A stretch of DNA of 64,000 nt. It comes from an uncultured Dehalococcoidia bacterium. GTDB taxonomy: Bacteria > Chloroflexota > Dehalococcoidia > Lucifugimonadales > Australimonadaceae. The position numbers and the translations under genes were made by a program. Location of the stretch: positions 398,260 through 462,259 of the forward strand of contig OY282355.1 in the NCBI GenBank assembly GCA_958295525.1, read 5' to 3'. The notes under the pieces were generated by a model. That model ran no database searches. It saw only the letters and a program-made list of their open reading frames with translations, and had not been told where the DNA came from. This document shows, piece by piece, positions 1 through 10,033 of this stretch (within the stretch, counting starts at the first letter, position 1; every line of letters starts with the position of its first letter).

Positions 1-4
1 CGGC

Positions 5-760
5 ATGGGGCACACGCGCGACCCCTACCTCACGGTGGGGCTGGAGAATATGTGGGTCAATATGGGCAGGGAGCAGTTCCACCTGCCCACCCGCGAAAGC
101 GCGCAAACGGTCCGGGGGCGCATCGGCCTGGTGACGCCGGACGTCGCGCTGCTGGAGGAGCGGCTCGGCGCAATCGCCGGACGCCTGGAGGGAACGCAAT
201 TCGCGTTCGAGCGCGACGGGCGCAACTTGGACGTCACGTGTCCCTGGGGCAACCGCATCCGCTGCCATCCGGCGGACGGCGGACGGATGGGCGGCGCGAG
301 GCTGGGGATCGAGTACCTCATCTTGAACGTTCCGCAAGGCGCGGCGGAGGGCATCGCCCGCTTCTACGCGGAGGTCATCGGCGCGAAAGCGGACGTCGTC
401 GAGCGGCGGGGCGCTCCGGCGGCGCGGGTGCAGGCGGGCCGTCATCAGGCGCTCCTCTTCCGCGAGAACGCCGCCGAAACGCGCCCCTACGACAACCACC
501 ATATCGCGGTCTACGTCGCCGACTTCTCCGGCCCGCACCGCGCGCTCAGCGCGATGGGCCTGATCACGGAGGAGAGCAACGAGCATCAGTACCGCTTCAC
601 GAACATCACGCACCCCGGCACGGGCGAAACGCTCTACGAATTGGAGCACGAGACGCGGAGCCTGGGGCACCCGATGCACGGGCGCGAACTCGTGAACCGC
701 GACCCGTCGCAATCGCTGCAGGGCTACCGGCGCGGCGCCGACGCGCTGCTCGTGGGGTGA
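5..760 (+). CDS. VOC/glyoxalase-like protein, probably truncated at the window edge
   Basis: Two VOC-like halves (FHLP...GRIGLV; ARFYAEVIGA...HHIAVYVADF); frame is open to the window start. Confidence 0.6.
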   Translation: MGHTRDPYLTVGLENMWVNMGREQFHLPTRESAQTVRGRIGLVTPDVALLEERLGAIAGRLEGTQFAFERDGRNLDVTCPWGNRIRCHPADGGRMGGARLGIEYLILNVPQGAAEGIARFYAEVIGAKADVVERRGAPAARVQAGRHQALLFRENAAETRPYDNHHIAVYVADFSGPHRALSAMGLITEESNEHQYRFTNITHPGTGETLYELEHETRSLGHPMHGRELVNRDPSQSLQGYRRGADALLVG

Positions 761-792
761 CGCCGCCTACGCGGCGCGCGGACACACGGCGC

Positions 793-801
793 TGGTATCA
801 T
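793..801 (+). promoter_or_regulatory. Extended -10 promoter of probably leaderless ispH
   Basis: TGgTATCAT, 7 nt before ATG 809; no SD sequence. Confidence 0.55.
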
Positions 802-808
802 TAGGGCT

Positions 809-1759
809 ATGCAGGTTCTGTTGAGCGCGCCCAGAGGTTTCTGCGCCGGCGTCGTCCGGGCGATAGACATTGTCGAGATCGCCTTGCGGCGGTTCGGCGC
901 GCCGGTGTACGTCCGCCACGAAATCGTCCACAACCGGCACGTGGTCGAGAGCCTCCGCAAGAAGGGCGCCGTGTTCATCGAGGAGACGGACGAGGCGCCC
1001 CCCGGCGCGACGATCATCTTCAGCGCGCACGGCGTCGCCCCGGAAGTTTGGCGCGCCGCCGAAGAGCGCAACCTCACGGTCATAGACGCCACCTGCCCGC
1101 TCGTCACCAAAGTGCACGTCGAATCGCAAAAGTACGCCCGCGAAGGGTACTCCGTCATCGTCGTCGGGCACGAGGGGCACCCGGAGGTCATCGGCACGCT
1201 CGGGCAGTCGCCGGACGCCTCGCGCCTCGTGGACTCGCGGGACGACGCGGGCACGGTGGCGGTCGCGGACCCGGAGCGCGTGGTCGCCCTGACGCAGACG
1301 ACGCTGAGCGTGGACGACACGCAAGAGGTCATCGGCTCGCTGCGGGAGCGCTTCCCAAACATCGTCGCCCGCAACGACATCTGCTACGCGACAACCAACC
1401 GGCAGGAAGCCGTGAAGGAACTGGCGAAGCGCGTTGACCTCGCGCTGGTGGTCGGGGCGCGGAACAGTTCCAATTGCAACCGGCTGCGCGAAGTGGCGGA
1501 GCAGGCCGGCATTCCGGCTTACCTCGTTGACGACGCGGACGCCGTGGACCCCGAATGGCTGGACGGCGTCGAGCGCGTGGGCATCACGTCGGGGGCGTCC
1601 ACGCCGGAGTCGCTGGTGGAGGGCGTGATCGATCTCTTGCGCCCCGATTCGGTCGAGACGCTCACCGTCGCCGAGGAGGACGTGACGTTCGTCTTGCCGA
1701 AAGCGCTGCGGAACGACGAAAGCGAAAGCCGCGCCCGCCGCCCCGCCGGGGGCGGCTAG
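809..1759 (+). CDS. ispH: 4-hydroxy-3-methylbut-2-enyl diphosphate reductase
   Basis: [53 protein letters not shown] motifs. Confidence 0.97.
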   Translation: MQVLLSAPRGFCAGVVRAIDIVEIALRRFGAPVYVRHEIVHNRHVVESLRKKGAVFIEETDEAPPGATIIFSAHGVAPEVWRAAEERNLTVIDATCPLVTKVHVESQKYAREGYSVIVVGHEGHPEVIGTLGQSPDASRLVDSRDDAGTVAVADPERVVALTQTTLSVDDTQEVIGSLRERFPNIVARNDICYATTNRQEAVKELAKRVDLALVVGARNSSNCNRLREVAEQAGIPAYLVDDADAVDPEWLDGVERVGITSGASTPESLVEGVIDLLRPDSVETLTVAEEDVTFVLPKALRNDESESRARRPAGGG

Positions 1760-1804
1760 GCGGCGGCCTGCTCGACGAGGCGTTGGGATGAGGATAAGGG
1801 CAAG

Positions 1805-2254
1805 ATGGACCTGACTGACCGATTCGCAGTGAAGGCGTCCCCCGGCGAGGCATGGGCGTTCTTCTGGGATTTGCCCCGCGTCGCGCGGTGCCTGCCCGGG
1901 TGCGAAAGCATCGAGGCGGCGGGCGAGGGCGCGTACCGCGCGCGGATGACGCAGCGCGTCGGCCCCTTCCGCGTCTCGATGGATATGGAGATGCGCGTGG
2001 ACGAGGCCGAGGAAGGCAGCCGCGTCGTCGTGAGCGGAAGCGGCAAAGACAAGATGGGCAACCGCCTGCATATCAACCGCCTCGCGCTGGAACTCAGCGA
2101 GCCGTCGCCCGGCCAAACCGAGGTCTCCTACGCAATGGCGTTCAACCTCTACGGACGCCTCGCCACGCTCGGCAATACGGCGGTCAAGCGCAAAGCCGAG
2201 GAGATCCGCGCGGAATTCAGCCGCCGCATCGCCGAGGAGTTGGGCGGCGCGTAA
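1805..2254 (+). CDS. CoxG/SRPBCC family protein
   Basis: F.V.A...W.F..D...VARCLPG N-terminus, GRLATLG near C-terminus, 149 aa. Confidence 0.8.
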   Translation: MDLTDRFAVKASPGEAWAFFWDLPRVARCLPGCESIEAAGEGAYRARMTQRVGPFRVSMDMEMRVDEAEEGSRVVVSGSGKDKMGNRLHINRLALELSEPSPGQTEVSYAMAFNLYGRLATLGNTAVKRKAEEIRAEFSRRIAEELGGA

Positions 2255-2384
2255 GCCCGCCTCATCCGCAGGAGACCTTTGCCGTCCCGACACCGGCGGC
2301 TAGCCGATTCTTGCGCGCGGGGGTAACATAGGCGCCGTCATCAGCAAGGCGGCGGCGCCGCCGCGTAAGGAGTCCGTCAGCGCA

Positions 2385-3809
2385 ATGGCCCACGCAACAG
2401 CCCAAGAGCAAGCGACCCGCATCGAGAAAGACACGATGGGCGAGATGGAGGTGCCCGCGAGCGCGTATTGGGGCGCGTCCACCCAGCGCGCCGTGCTGAA
2501 CTTCCCCGTCAGCGACCTGCGCTATCCGCCCGCGTTCATTCGCGCGCTCGGACGCATCAAGCGCGCCGCCGCCCGAACGAACGCCGGGCTCGGCCTGCTC
2601 GACGGCGCCGTCGCCGACGCCGTCGCGGCCGCGGCGGCGGAGGTCGTGGCGGGCGAGTGGGACGAGCACTTCGTCGTCGACCTCTTCCAGACGGGCTCCG
2701 GCACCTCGACGAACACGAACGCCAACGAGGTCATCGCGCGCCGCGCCCGCGAAATCGCCCCGGCCTTGAACGTCCACCCCAACGACCACGTGAATATGGC
2801 GCAGTCGTCCAACGACGTCATCCCCACGGCGAGCCATCTCGCCGCCGCCGAGGCGCTGCGCGGCGAACTTCTGCCCGCGCTCGCCCAGGCGCAGGCGACG
2901 CTCGAGGCCAAGTCGCGCGAGTTCTGGGGCATCGTCAAGACGGGCAGGACGCACTTGCAGGACGCGACGCCCATCCGCTTGGGGCAGGAGTTCGCGGGGT
3001 ACGCCAGCCAGTTGGCGTTGAGCGCGGAGCGGCTGCGCCCGCGCATTGACGCGCTCTGCGAGGTCGCGCTGGGCGGCACGGCGGTCGGCACGGGGATTAA
3101 CGCGCACGAGGAGTTCGCGGCGCGGACGTGCGCGCTCCTCGCGGAGGAAATGGGGCTGCCCGTTCGGGAGACGCCGCATCACTTTCAGGCGCAAGGGACG
3201 CAGGACGAGATGCTGGCGGCGAGCGGCGCCGTGCGCGGCGCGGCGGTGGCCTTGCAGAAGATCGCCAACGACCTCCGCTGGCTCTCCTCGGGCCCGCGCG
3301 CCGGCATCGCCGAATTGGAACTTCCCGCCGTGCAGCCCGGCTCGTCCATTATGCCGGGCAAGGTGAACCCCGTCATACCGGAGTCCGTCGTCCAAGTCGT
3401 CTGCCATGTGATCGGGAACGACGCCGCGGTCGCCGCCGCCGCGCAGGGCGGCTACCTGGAACTCAACACCTACTGGCCGGTCGCGGCGTACAACCTGCAT
3501 CAGGCGATAACACTGCTCGCGTCGGCGACGGTCAATTTCGACGCGCAGTGCCTGCAGGGGATCAAAGCCACGTCCAAGGGCCCCGATATGGTCGAGCAAG
3601 GGCTGATGATGGCCACCGGCCTCACGCCCGCCATCGGCTACGACAAAGCGACGGCCATCGCCAAGGCCGCCGCCGCGCAAGGCGTCACCATCCGTGAACT
3701 CGCCAAGAGCGAGACCGGGCTCACCGACGAGCGCCTCGACGAACTGCTCGACCCCGCCCGAATGACCGCCCCCGGCGTCGTCGAGGGCGCGTCCGGCGGA
3801 GGAGGCTAG
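2385..3809 (+). CDS. fumC: Class II fumarate hydratase
   Basis: RIEKDTMG, QTGSGTSTN, HPNDHVN, SSND, GRTHLQDATP and GSSIMPGKVNP signature. Confidence 0.95.
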   Translation: MAHATAQEQATRIEKDTMGEMEVPASAYWGASTQRAVLNFPVSDLRYPPAFIRALGRIKRAAARTNAGLGLLDGAVADAVAAAAAEVVAGEWDEHFVVDLFQTGSGTSTNTNANEVIARRAREIAPALNVHPNDHVNMAQSSNDVIPTASHLAAAEALRGELLPALAQAQATLEAKSREFWGIVKTGRTHLQDATPIRLGQEFAGYASQLALSAERLRPRIDALCEVALGGTAVGTGINAHEEFAARTCALLAEEMGLPVRETPHHFQAQGTQDEMLAASGAVRGAAVALQKIANDLRWLSSGPRAGIAELELPAVQPGSSIMPGKVNPVIPESVVQVVCHVIGNDAAVAAAAQGGYLELNTYWPVAAYNLHQAITLLASATVNFDAQCLQGIKATSKGPDMVEQGLMMATGLTPAIGYDKATAIAKAAAAQGVTIRELAKSETGLTDERLDELLDPARMTAPGVVEGASGGGG

Positions 3810-3854
3810 CCCGTCCGCTCCATTCGCTAGCCTGTCCGCAGCCCATCGTCAGGA

Positions 3855-3936
3855 GAAGACCTTGCATAACTGACCGTCATTCCCGCGCAGGCGGGAATCC
3901 AGCAGGCGCGAAGCGCCCCAGGTTATGCATCGCCTC
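3855..3936. mobile_element. MITE-like element: TGCATAAC/GTTATGCA inverted ends enclosing one palindromic repeat
   Basis: gaccttgcataac (3858-3870) ... REP unit ... gttatgca (3922-3929). Confidence 0.45.
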
Positions 3937-3948
3937 AGGAGGAGACAC

Positions 3949-4452
3949 GTGGACTTCGGCATCGAGATACGCGACTGCAAGCCGCAGAAGATCGCCGCCA
4001 TACGCGCCAAGACCACGATCAACAAGGTCACGCCGAAGGTGGCGCAACTCCTGCGTGAAACCGCGGAGCGCCTGGAGTCGGTGGGCGTCCGCCCCGCCGG
4101 GCCCGGCGTCGGCGTCTACTACGAGGTCGGCGCCTTCCTCGTCGACTTGGAGGTGGGCTATCCCGTCGAGGCCGACGTCGAGGGCGACGGGCGCGTCGCT
4201 ATGAACGACATCCCCGGCGGCAAGTGCGCGGTCGCCCGCTACCGCGGCCCTCACGAGGAGATCGCTCAAGCGCACCGCGCCGTCCACTCGTGGATGCACG
4301 CCAACGACGTGCAAGCCTCCGGCCAGCCGGCCCGCGAGGTCTATCTGACCGGCGTCCCCGGCGACGGCGAAGCCTGCGAGGCGGAGTCGGTATGGCCCAT
4401 CATCCACGAAACGCGCGCCGAGCGGCGCAGGCAGCAACGCGGCAAGGCGTAA
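3949..4452 (+). CDS. GyrI-like small-molecule-binding domain protein
   Basis: GTG start after AGGAGG; PAGP, DLEVGYPV, PGGKCAVARYRGPHEEI, REVYL motifs. Confidence 0.85.
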   Translation: MDFGIEIRDCKPQKIAAIRAKTTINKVTPKVAQLLRETAERLESVGVRPAGPGVGVYYEVGAFLVDLEVGYPVEADVEGDGRVAMNDIPGGKCAVARYRGPHEEIAQAHRAVHSWMHANDVQASGQPAREVYLTGVPGDGEACEAESVWPIIHETRAERRRQQRGKA

Positions 4453-4705
4453 CGCGCCCGCGCGTCCTGACCGCTGAAAACCGAAATCCCGCCGGGGCGC
4501 GACGGGGGCGAGATTCCCGCCTACGCGGGAATGACGATAGGGGCGCCCGCCCGCAACAGGTTCTTCGTCGGATGAGCGCCGCGATGAAATCCACGCGCCC
4601 TGCCCGCGTAGGCAGGAGCCTAGCCCCCTGCCCGGGCGTTCCCGCGCAGGCGGGAATCCAGTCGGCGGGCAAGCGCCGGGCGAGGCGCATTACGGCTCGT
4701 CTCCC

Positions 4706-4734
4706 TTGATTGCCTGTATCGCATACGATACAAT
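4706..4734 (+). promoter_or_regulatory. Sigma70-type promoter with overlapping palindromic operator
   Basis: TTGATT-17nt-TACAAT; inverted repeat TGTATCG-cata-CGATACA at 4715-4732. Confidence 0.65.
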
Positions 4735-4769
4735 TCAGAGCGGCTTACAGACGCGGGACGGAGGCGGCG

Positions 4770-5261
4770 ATGATTCAGACGCTGGTGAAGCACGCCGACC
4801 GGATGATGACCTCCGCGTCCGCGACGGAGGCCGGCATCGAGATGGCCTTCGCCGATGGGCAAAACGGCGTGATTCCGTTCGCCGCCCTCCCCGAGGCGTC
4901 CGGGCTTGCGGACATCCGCGGCATCGAACTCCCCAATCCCTACGAACTGATCCTGCGGACGGCGCGGGGCGAGCGGCTGGAACTGCCGTGGGACTTCGCC
5001 CGCCACTACTGCGACGCTTCCTACCGCCCCCGCGTCGAGGCGGTCGCGGCGAGCGGAAGGCGCGCCGTCGGTGAGCGCGTTCGCAGCCTCAGAGCCGCCG
5101 CGCGCCTGACGCAGGCGGAACTCGCGGCGGCGGCGGCGATCGGGCGCGTTACCCTGGCGCGCATCGAAAGCGGCGAGCAGTCCCCGCGATTCGAGACGCT
5201 CGCCGCGCTCGCGCAAGCCCTGCGCCTCCCCGCCGCTGGCCTCCTCGCCGATGCCGACTAG
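4770..5261 (+). CDS. XRE-family HTH regulator with DUF2442-like N-terminal domain
   Basis: C-terminal GERVRSLRAAARLTQAELA...TLARIESGEQSPRFETLAALAQAL; SD GGAGG before ATG 4770. Confidence 0.8.
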   Translation: MIQTLVKHADRMMTSASATEAGIEMAFADGQNGVIPFAALPEASGLADIRGIELPNPYELILRTARGERLELPWDFARHYCDASYRPRVEAVAASGRRAVGERVRSLRAAARLTQAELAAAAAIGRVTLARIESGEQSPRFETLAALAQALRLPAAGLLADAD

Positions 5262-5382
5262 GGCTGTCCTGCCCGCGGAGGCGAGACCTCGCCCTCTGAC
5301 AGGCGCGTAGTGCTATGCCTCGCCCGCCCCGATGGATCGGCCTCGCCGTCGGCGTGTTCGATTAGGGAAGGCAAGGCGAACG

Positions 5383-5850
5383 TTAGTCTTGCCGCCTGCG
5401 GAAGAGGACATGGATAGCGAACGCGCGGAGATCGTTGGCCGGGACGTTACGGAACTCGCTAATGATGCCCTCCGTCGCGTCAATATCTTGAGTCACTTCG
5501 GAGAGCAGGAACTTCGTCGAAGGGTTGTAATCGGCGTTATGCCGCGACCCCTGCATATTGACGAAATGCCGGGCGAACTCCTGTATCGCGACAGGGAATT
5601 CGCGGATGCGCTGGTCAGCGCACCGATCTCGGGCGTCTTTATGCTCCAACGCTCTGTAGGTTCGCAACCAGGCTTCCCGGCTCCGCATGCCTTTGCCGGC
5701 GAGCGTATCGGCGCAGGTTAACGCCAAGCAATGGAACATCGCGTAGTAGGCTGTGCTCACCGCCCGGCGGAGGTCGGTCTCTTTTGGCCGCCCGCGCCCT
5801 GTCCGCCGCGTCAAGACGCGGGCGGTTTCGATGAAGTTATGCGGTTGCAA
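5383..5850 (-). CDS. HEPN-domain protein (putative toxin)
   Basis: RRAVSTAYYAMFH and RHNADY motifs typical of HEPN proteins. Confidence 0.75.
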   Translation of the reverse strand: MQPHNFIETARVLTRRTGRGRPKETDLRRAVSTAYYAMFHCLALTCADTLAGKGMRSREAWLRTYRALEHKDARDRCADQRIREFPVAIQEFARHFVNMQGSRHNADYNPSTKFLLSEVTQDIDATEGIISEFRNVPANDLRAFAIHVLFRRRQD

Positions 5851-6184
5851 CTTTCCCCTTCGCCTTGTTCAGGGCGCGCTCATAACCCATCCACTCCGAC
5901 TTTTCCATGAAGCGAAGCACGGGGAAAGCCGTGATGTCCTCATCCTCCAACTTGTCGCGGAGACGCGAGGTCAGCCCTCCTGTCCGACGGGGAGAGAGGA
6001 GTTTCTGGTCGCCGTCGAAGACGATAATGATTTCCAGATACTCCTCGCCGTCGCCCCAGTAGTCAATCTGCGTCTCCACGCGAATCGGGTCGAAGACGAA
6101 CGCGCCCTTGAAATAGCCGTCGAGGTCGGCTTTGACGAACCTGGTGACGACTTTCTCCGCGAAATCGAAATCAGCCTGCTTCAT
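5837..6184 (-). CDS. Small acidic partner of the HEPN gene (divergent MNT-like antitoxin?)
   Basis: 115 aa, overlaps the HEPN start by 14 nt, SD GGGAGG; canonical GS..G/DxD motif not evident. Confidence 0.5.
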   Translation of the reverse strand: MKQADFDFAEKVVTRFVKADLDGYFKGAFVFDPIRVETQIDYWGDGEEYLEIIIVFDGDQKLLSPRRTGGLTSRLRDKLEDEDITAFPVLRFMEKSEWMGYERALNKAKGKVATA

Positions 6185-6427
6185 CGCGGCCTCCCTTTGG
6201 AGGCTGAGGATACCACACTTCCCCGGACGGGCGCGCAGCGCCCTTGCCCGCGAACGCCCCGTGCGGTAGAGTACCCATCGCTATGCCCCGCACGCCTCGA
6301 TGGGGCGGCCTCGCCGCCGCCGCGGGCAAATTGACAGTGGCGAGCCAGGGAGGTACGCTCCTGGAGCGCTTGCGCGTTGGGGTCCGCCCAAGCGCAGGAA
6401 GGCCGATGCGCCTATGAGAAGCCGCGA

Positions 6428-6898
6428 ATGACCACGCTGACGCGCCCCGCTCCGACGCCGCCCCAAACGCCTCACAGCGTTCACCGCGACCTGTTTCTCG
6501 ATCACGCGAAGGAGCGGGCGGCCGCCCGCGACCGGCTCCAAGCCTCGGAAAAGATTTGGGGCGCGGCCGCTCACGCTCTCATAGATTTCGCCCGCAAGCG
6601 CGGCTGGCCGCTTACGACGCACGCCGACTTCCTCGATATTGCGCGGCATATCCAGCGGAGCGCAGGGCGCACGGACAAGGCGGTCACCCGCCTCTACGCC
6701 GTTATGGAGGGCTATCACCGGAACTTCTACGGCGATACCCGCAGCCTCAGCGACATCTGGGAGGGAATAGCGGAGGCCGAGGAATTCCTCGCGCTCATCG
6801 CCGACGCGGACGAGAAGATTCCGCTAGACGCCCCTCCGCCGCGTGGGAAGGATTTCGCGCGGTACGCGAGAAAGCACGGAGCGCAGGCCGCGCTCTAA
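6428..6898 (+). CDS. PaREP1-family (HEPN-like) protein
   Basis: QASEKIWGAAAHA and HRNFY motifs. Confidence 0.75.
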   Translation: MTTLTRPAPTPPQTPHSVHRDLFLDHAKERAAARDRLQASEKIWGAAAHALIDFARKRGWPLTTHADFLDIARHIQRSAGRTDKAVTRLYAVMEGYHRNFYGDTRSLSDIWEGIAEAEEFLALIADADEKIPLDAPPPRGKDFARYARKHGAQAAL

Positions 6899-6962
6899 CC
6901 GTTCGCTTTCTAGCCCCGTCCCTCCCCTCCACGCCGCCATCCGCCCTTGCGCCGCCGCGCCG

Positions 6963-7501
6963 CTGGATTCGCGCCTACGCGGGAATGACGATGTTAGGGA
7001 GAGCAATGACGGTAGGGTTATGCAACGGTCTCTTTTCGTCTATTCCTGCGGCGCGAACGCCTACGCATCCCTCCCCGCCACGCCGTCCGTTCAGCCGCTC
7101 GCCCATCCGCCCCTTGCGTCGCTGGATTCCCGCCTACGCGGGAATGACGGGGCAAGGGGGCGCTGCGCGCCGACTGGATTCCCGCCTGCGCGGGAATGAC
7201 GGGGCAAGGGGGCGCTGCGCGCCGACTGGATTCCCGCCTGCCCGGGAATGACGGGGCAAGGGGCGCTGCGCGCCGACTGGATTCCCGCCTACGCGGGAAT
7301 GACGATGAGGGGAAAGGGGCGAGATTCCCGCCTGCGCGGGAATGACGGGGCAAGGGGGCGCTGCGCGCCGACTGGATTCCCGCCTGCGCGGGAATGACGA
7401 TGAGGGGGCGCTGCGCGCCGACTGGATTCCCGCCTGCGCGGGAATGACGGGGCAAGGGGGCGCTGCGCGCCGACTGGATTCCCGCCTGCGCGGGAATGAC
7501 G
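6963..7501. repeat. Tandem array of CGTC-type/dRS3-like palindromes
   Basis: Eight units of GATTCCCGCCTRCGCGGGAATGAC at ~51-bp period (7122-7501) with near-identical linkers, plus one at 6963-6990. Confidence 0.95.
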
Positions 7502-7573
7502 GGGCAGGGGGCGCTGCGCTGAGCGCGGGTTGGCGCAGCGAGGCGTATAATCGGGCAAACGGGAGGGCAACAC

Positions 7574-8926
7574 ATGCAACAGGCCATCGCCGATCACATA
7601 GACGCCCGCTTGCCGGAGACGATCGAGAGCCTCAAGACGCTCACGCGCCAGCCGAGCGTGAGCGCGCAGCGCCTCGGCGTCCGCGAGTGCGGCGAGATGA
7701 CCGTCGAAATGCTGCGCGGCGCAGGCTTCGACGCCGAACTCGTCCCCACCGCCGACCCCGACTACCCGGGCATCATCGCCGAACTCAAGGGCGCGTCGGA
7801 CAAGACGCTCCTCTTCTACAATCACTACGACGTTCAGCCGCCCGACCCGCTCGACGAGTGGGAGACGCCTCCGTTCGAGCCGGTCGAGCGCAACGGCCAC
7901 CTCTACGGGCGCGGAATCTCCGACGACAAGGGCCCGATCATCGCGCGCCTCGCCGCCGTCAGCGCCGTCCGCGAAACGCTCGGCGAATTGCCCGTCACCA
8001 TCCGCTGGTGCATGGAGGGCGCGGAGGAGATCGGCAGCCCGGGCTTCCATGAATTCGTCGAGGCCAACGCCGACCGCCTGCGCTCGGACGCCTGCATCTG
8101 GGAGGGCGGCGGCGTCAACTGGGACGGGCGCCCGCTCATCACGCTCGGCGTCAAGGGACTGCTCTACGTCGAGTTGGAGTGCCGCTCCGCGGCGACGGAC
8201 TCCCACTCTTCCTACGCGCCCGTCGTTCCGAATCCGGCGTGGCGGCTCGTGTGGGCGCTCAACACGCTGAAAGACCCTGGGGAGCGCGTGGCGCTCCCCG
8301 GCTTCTACGACAGCGTCCGCCCCGCGCTGGAGCGCGAAATAGAGGCGATCGCCGGCTTGCCCGACACCTCCCGCGAATTTCTGCACGACCTCGGCGTCGA
8401 GATGGCCGTCGGCGAGGCGTCGGGCTACGAATTCCGCCGCCGCCTGATTCAGGAGCCCACCGCCAACATCGCGGGCTTCGGCTCCGGCTACACCGGCGAG
8501 GGCGCGAAAACCGTCACTCCCGCCGTGGCCAAAGCCAAACTGGACTTCCGCCTCGTCCCCAACCAGAACCCGGACGAGATTCTGGCGAGCCTCCGCAAGC
8601 ATCTCGACGCGCACGGCTTCAGCGACGTGGCCGTCTCCGTCCTGAGCGCAGAGCATCCCGCGCGCACCCCGCTCGACGATCCGTTCGTCGCGTTGGTCGC
8701 CGACACCGCCCGCCGCGTCTACGGCGCCGACGCCTACTTTATGCCGAGCATGACGGGCACCGGCCCCCAGCATCCCGTGCAGCATATCCTCGGCGTGCCC
8801 GTCGCCTCCTGCGGCGTGGACTATCCGGGCAACCGCATCCACGCCCCGAACGAGAACATCCGCCTCGACTACTTTCGTCTTGGCGTTCTCCACGCCGCCG
8901 AACTCATCACCGCCCTCGGCGAATGA
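7574..8926 (+). CDS. M20/M25/M40 family metallopeptidase
   Basis: YNHYDVQP, GRGISDDKG, EGAEEIGS, HAPNE; TATAAT at 7546-7551. Confidence 0.92.
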   Translation: MQQAIADHIDARLPETIESLKTLTRQPSVSAQRLGVRECGEMTVEMLRGAGFDAELVPTADPDYPGIIAELKGASDKTLLFYNHYDVQPPDPLDEWETPPFEPVERNGHLYGRGISDDKGPIIARLAAVSAVRETLGELPVTIRWCMEGAEEIGSPGFHEFVEANADRLRSDACIWEGGGVNWDGRPLITLGVKGLLYVELECRSAATDSHSSYAPVVPNPAWRLVWALNTLKDPGERVALPGFYDSVRPALEREIEAIAGLPDTSREFLHDLGVEMAVGEASGYEFRRRLIQEPTANIAGFGSGYTGEGAKTVTPAVAKAKLDFRLVPNQNPDEILASLRKHLDAHGFSDVAVSVLSAEHPARTPLDDPFVALVADTARRVYGADAYFMPSMTGTGPQHPVQHILGVPVASCGVDYPGNRIHAPNENIRLDYFRLGVLHAAELITALGE

Positions 8927-8936
8927 CCCGTCGCCG

Positions 8937-9974
8937 ATGACGGACGACTCCGAACGGCAGGTCGGCGAACTCGCCGCGCGCTATATGCCGGAGACGCGCG
9001 CCCGCATCGAGGCCGCCGTCGCCCGAACCGGCGGCCTCGCGCCCTTGCTGCGCTACCACCTCGGCTGGCGGACGGCGGACGGCGCGCCCGCGAACGGCGG
9101 CGGCAAAGCGCTCCGCCCCGTCCTCTGCCTCGCCGCCTGCGAAATGGCCGGAGGGGACTGGCGCGACGCGCTCCCCGCCGCGGCGTCCCTCGAACTCGTC
9201 CATAACTTCTCTCTCGCTCACGACGACATCCAAGACGGCGACGAGACCCGGCGCGGACGCGCCACGCTCTGGCGGCTTCACGGCGTTCCGACGGCGCTCA
9301 CGGCGGGCAACGCGATGCTCGCCGCCGCCGACCGCGCGATGCTCGACTCGCCCGAGCGCGGCCCGAAAGCGTCCGCCGCTCTCGCCGCCGCCGCCGAACT
9401 CACCGCCAAGCGCCTCGAGATGATCGAAGGCCAATATATGGATATGGCGTTCGAGGCCGACGAGCGCGTCTCCGTCGCCGCCTACTTGGATATGATCGGC
9501 CGCAAGACCGGCGCGCTCATCGAAAGCGCGATGCGCATGGGCGCCCTCGCCGCCGGCGCCGACCGCGAAACCGCCATCGCCTTCGGACGCTGCGGCAGGC
9601 GGCTCGGCGTCGCCTTTCAGGTGCGCGACGACTATCTCGGCGTCTGGGGCGACCCCGCCGCCACGGGCAAGGCCGTCGGCGCCGACATCCGCCGCAAGAA
9701 AAAGTCCCTCCCCGCCGTCTACCTCTTCGACAACGCGCTCCCGTCCGACCGCGCATGGCTGGAGGAGACCTACCGCGCCGGCGAGATCGCGGGCGACCGG
9801 CTGGAAGGCGTGATGGCGCTGCTCGACCGGCTCGGCGCGAGCGCCTACGTCCGCCGCGTCGCCGAGGAGCAAGCGGAGGAGGCCGTCGCCGCAGTCGGCG
9901 CGCTCGCCATCCCCGACGACGCCAAACGCCTCCTCCGCGCCGTCGCCCGCTACTTCGCCACCCGCGACAGATAA
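8937..9974 (+). CDS. Polyprenyl diphosphate synthase (GGPP synthase-like)
   Basis: GGKALRP, HDDIQDGDETRRGR, GQYMD, KTGAL, FQVRDDYL motifs. Confidence 0.92.
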   Translation: MTDDSERQVGELAARYMPETRARIEAAVARTGGLAPLLRYHLGWRTADGAPANGGGKALRPVLCLAACEMAGGDWRDALPAAASLELVHNFSLAHDDIQDGDETRRGRATLWRLHGVPTALTAGNAMLAAADRAMLDSPERGPKASAALAAAAELTAKRLEMIEGQYMDMAFEADERVSVAAYLDMIGRKTGALIESAMRMGALAAGADRETAIAFGRCGRRLGVAFQVRDDYLGVWGDPAATGKAVGADIRRKKKSLPAVYLFDNALPSDRAWLEETYRAGEIAGDRLEGVMALLDRLGASAYVRRVAEEQAEEAVAAVGALAIPDDAKRLLRAVARYFATRDR

Positions 9975-10033
9975 TCCCGCCCACGCGGGCGGGGCGGGAC
10001 AGGGGGGCGAGATTCCCGCCTGCGCGCGCGCCC

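Noticed and set aside
7122..7501. CRISPR array (also considered for the 32.4, 34.7, 56.4 and 63.6 kb clusters)
   Set aside because: The spacers are near-identical to each other, the same palindrome is scattered singly across the window, and there are no cas genes
6843..7587. Short ORFs containing LDSRLRGND / VIPAQAGI / SFPRRRES peptides
   Set aside because: Translations of the palindromic repeat, not genes
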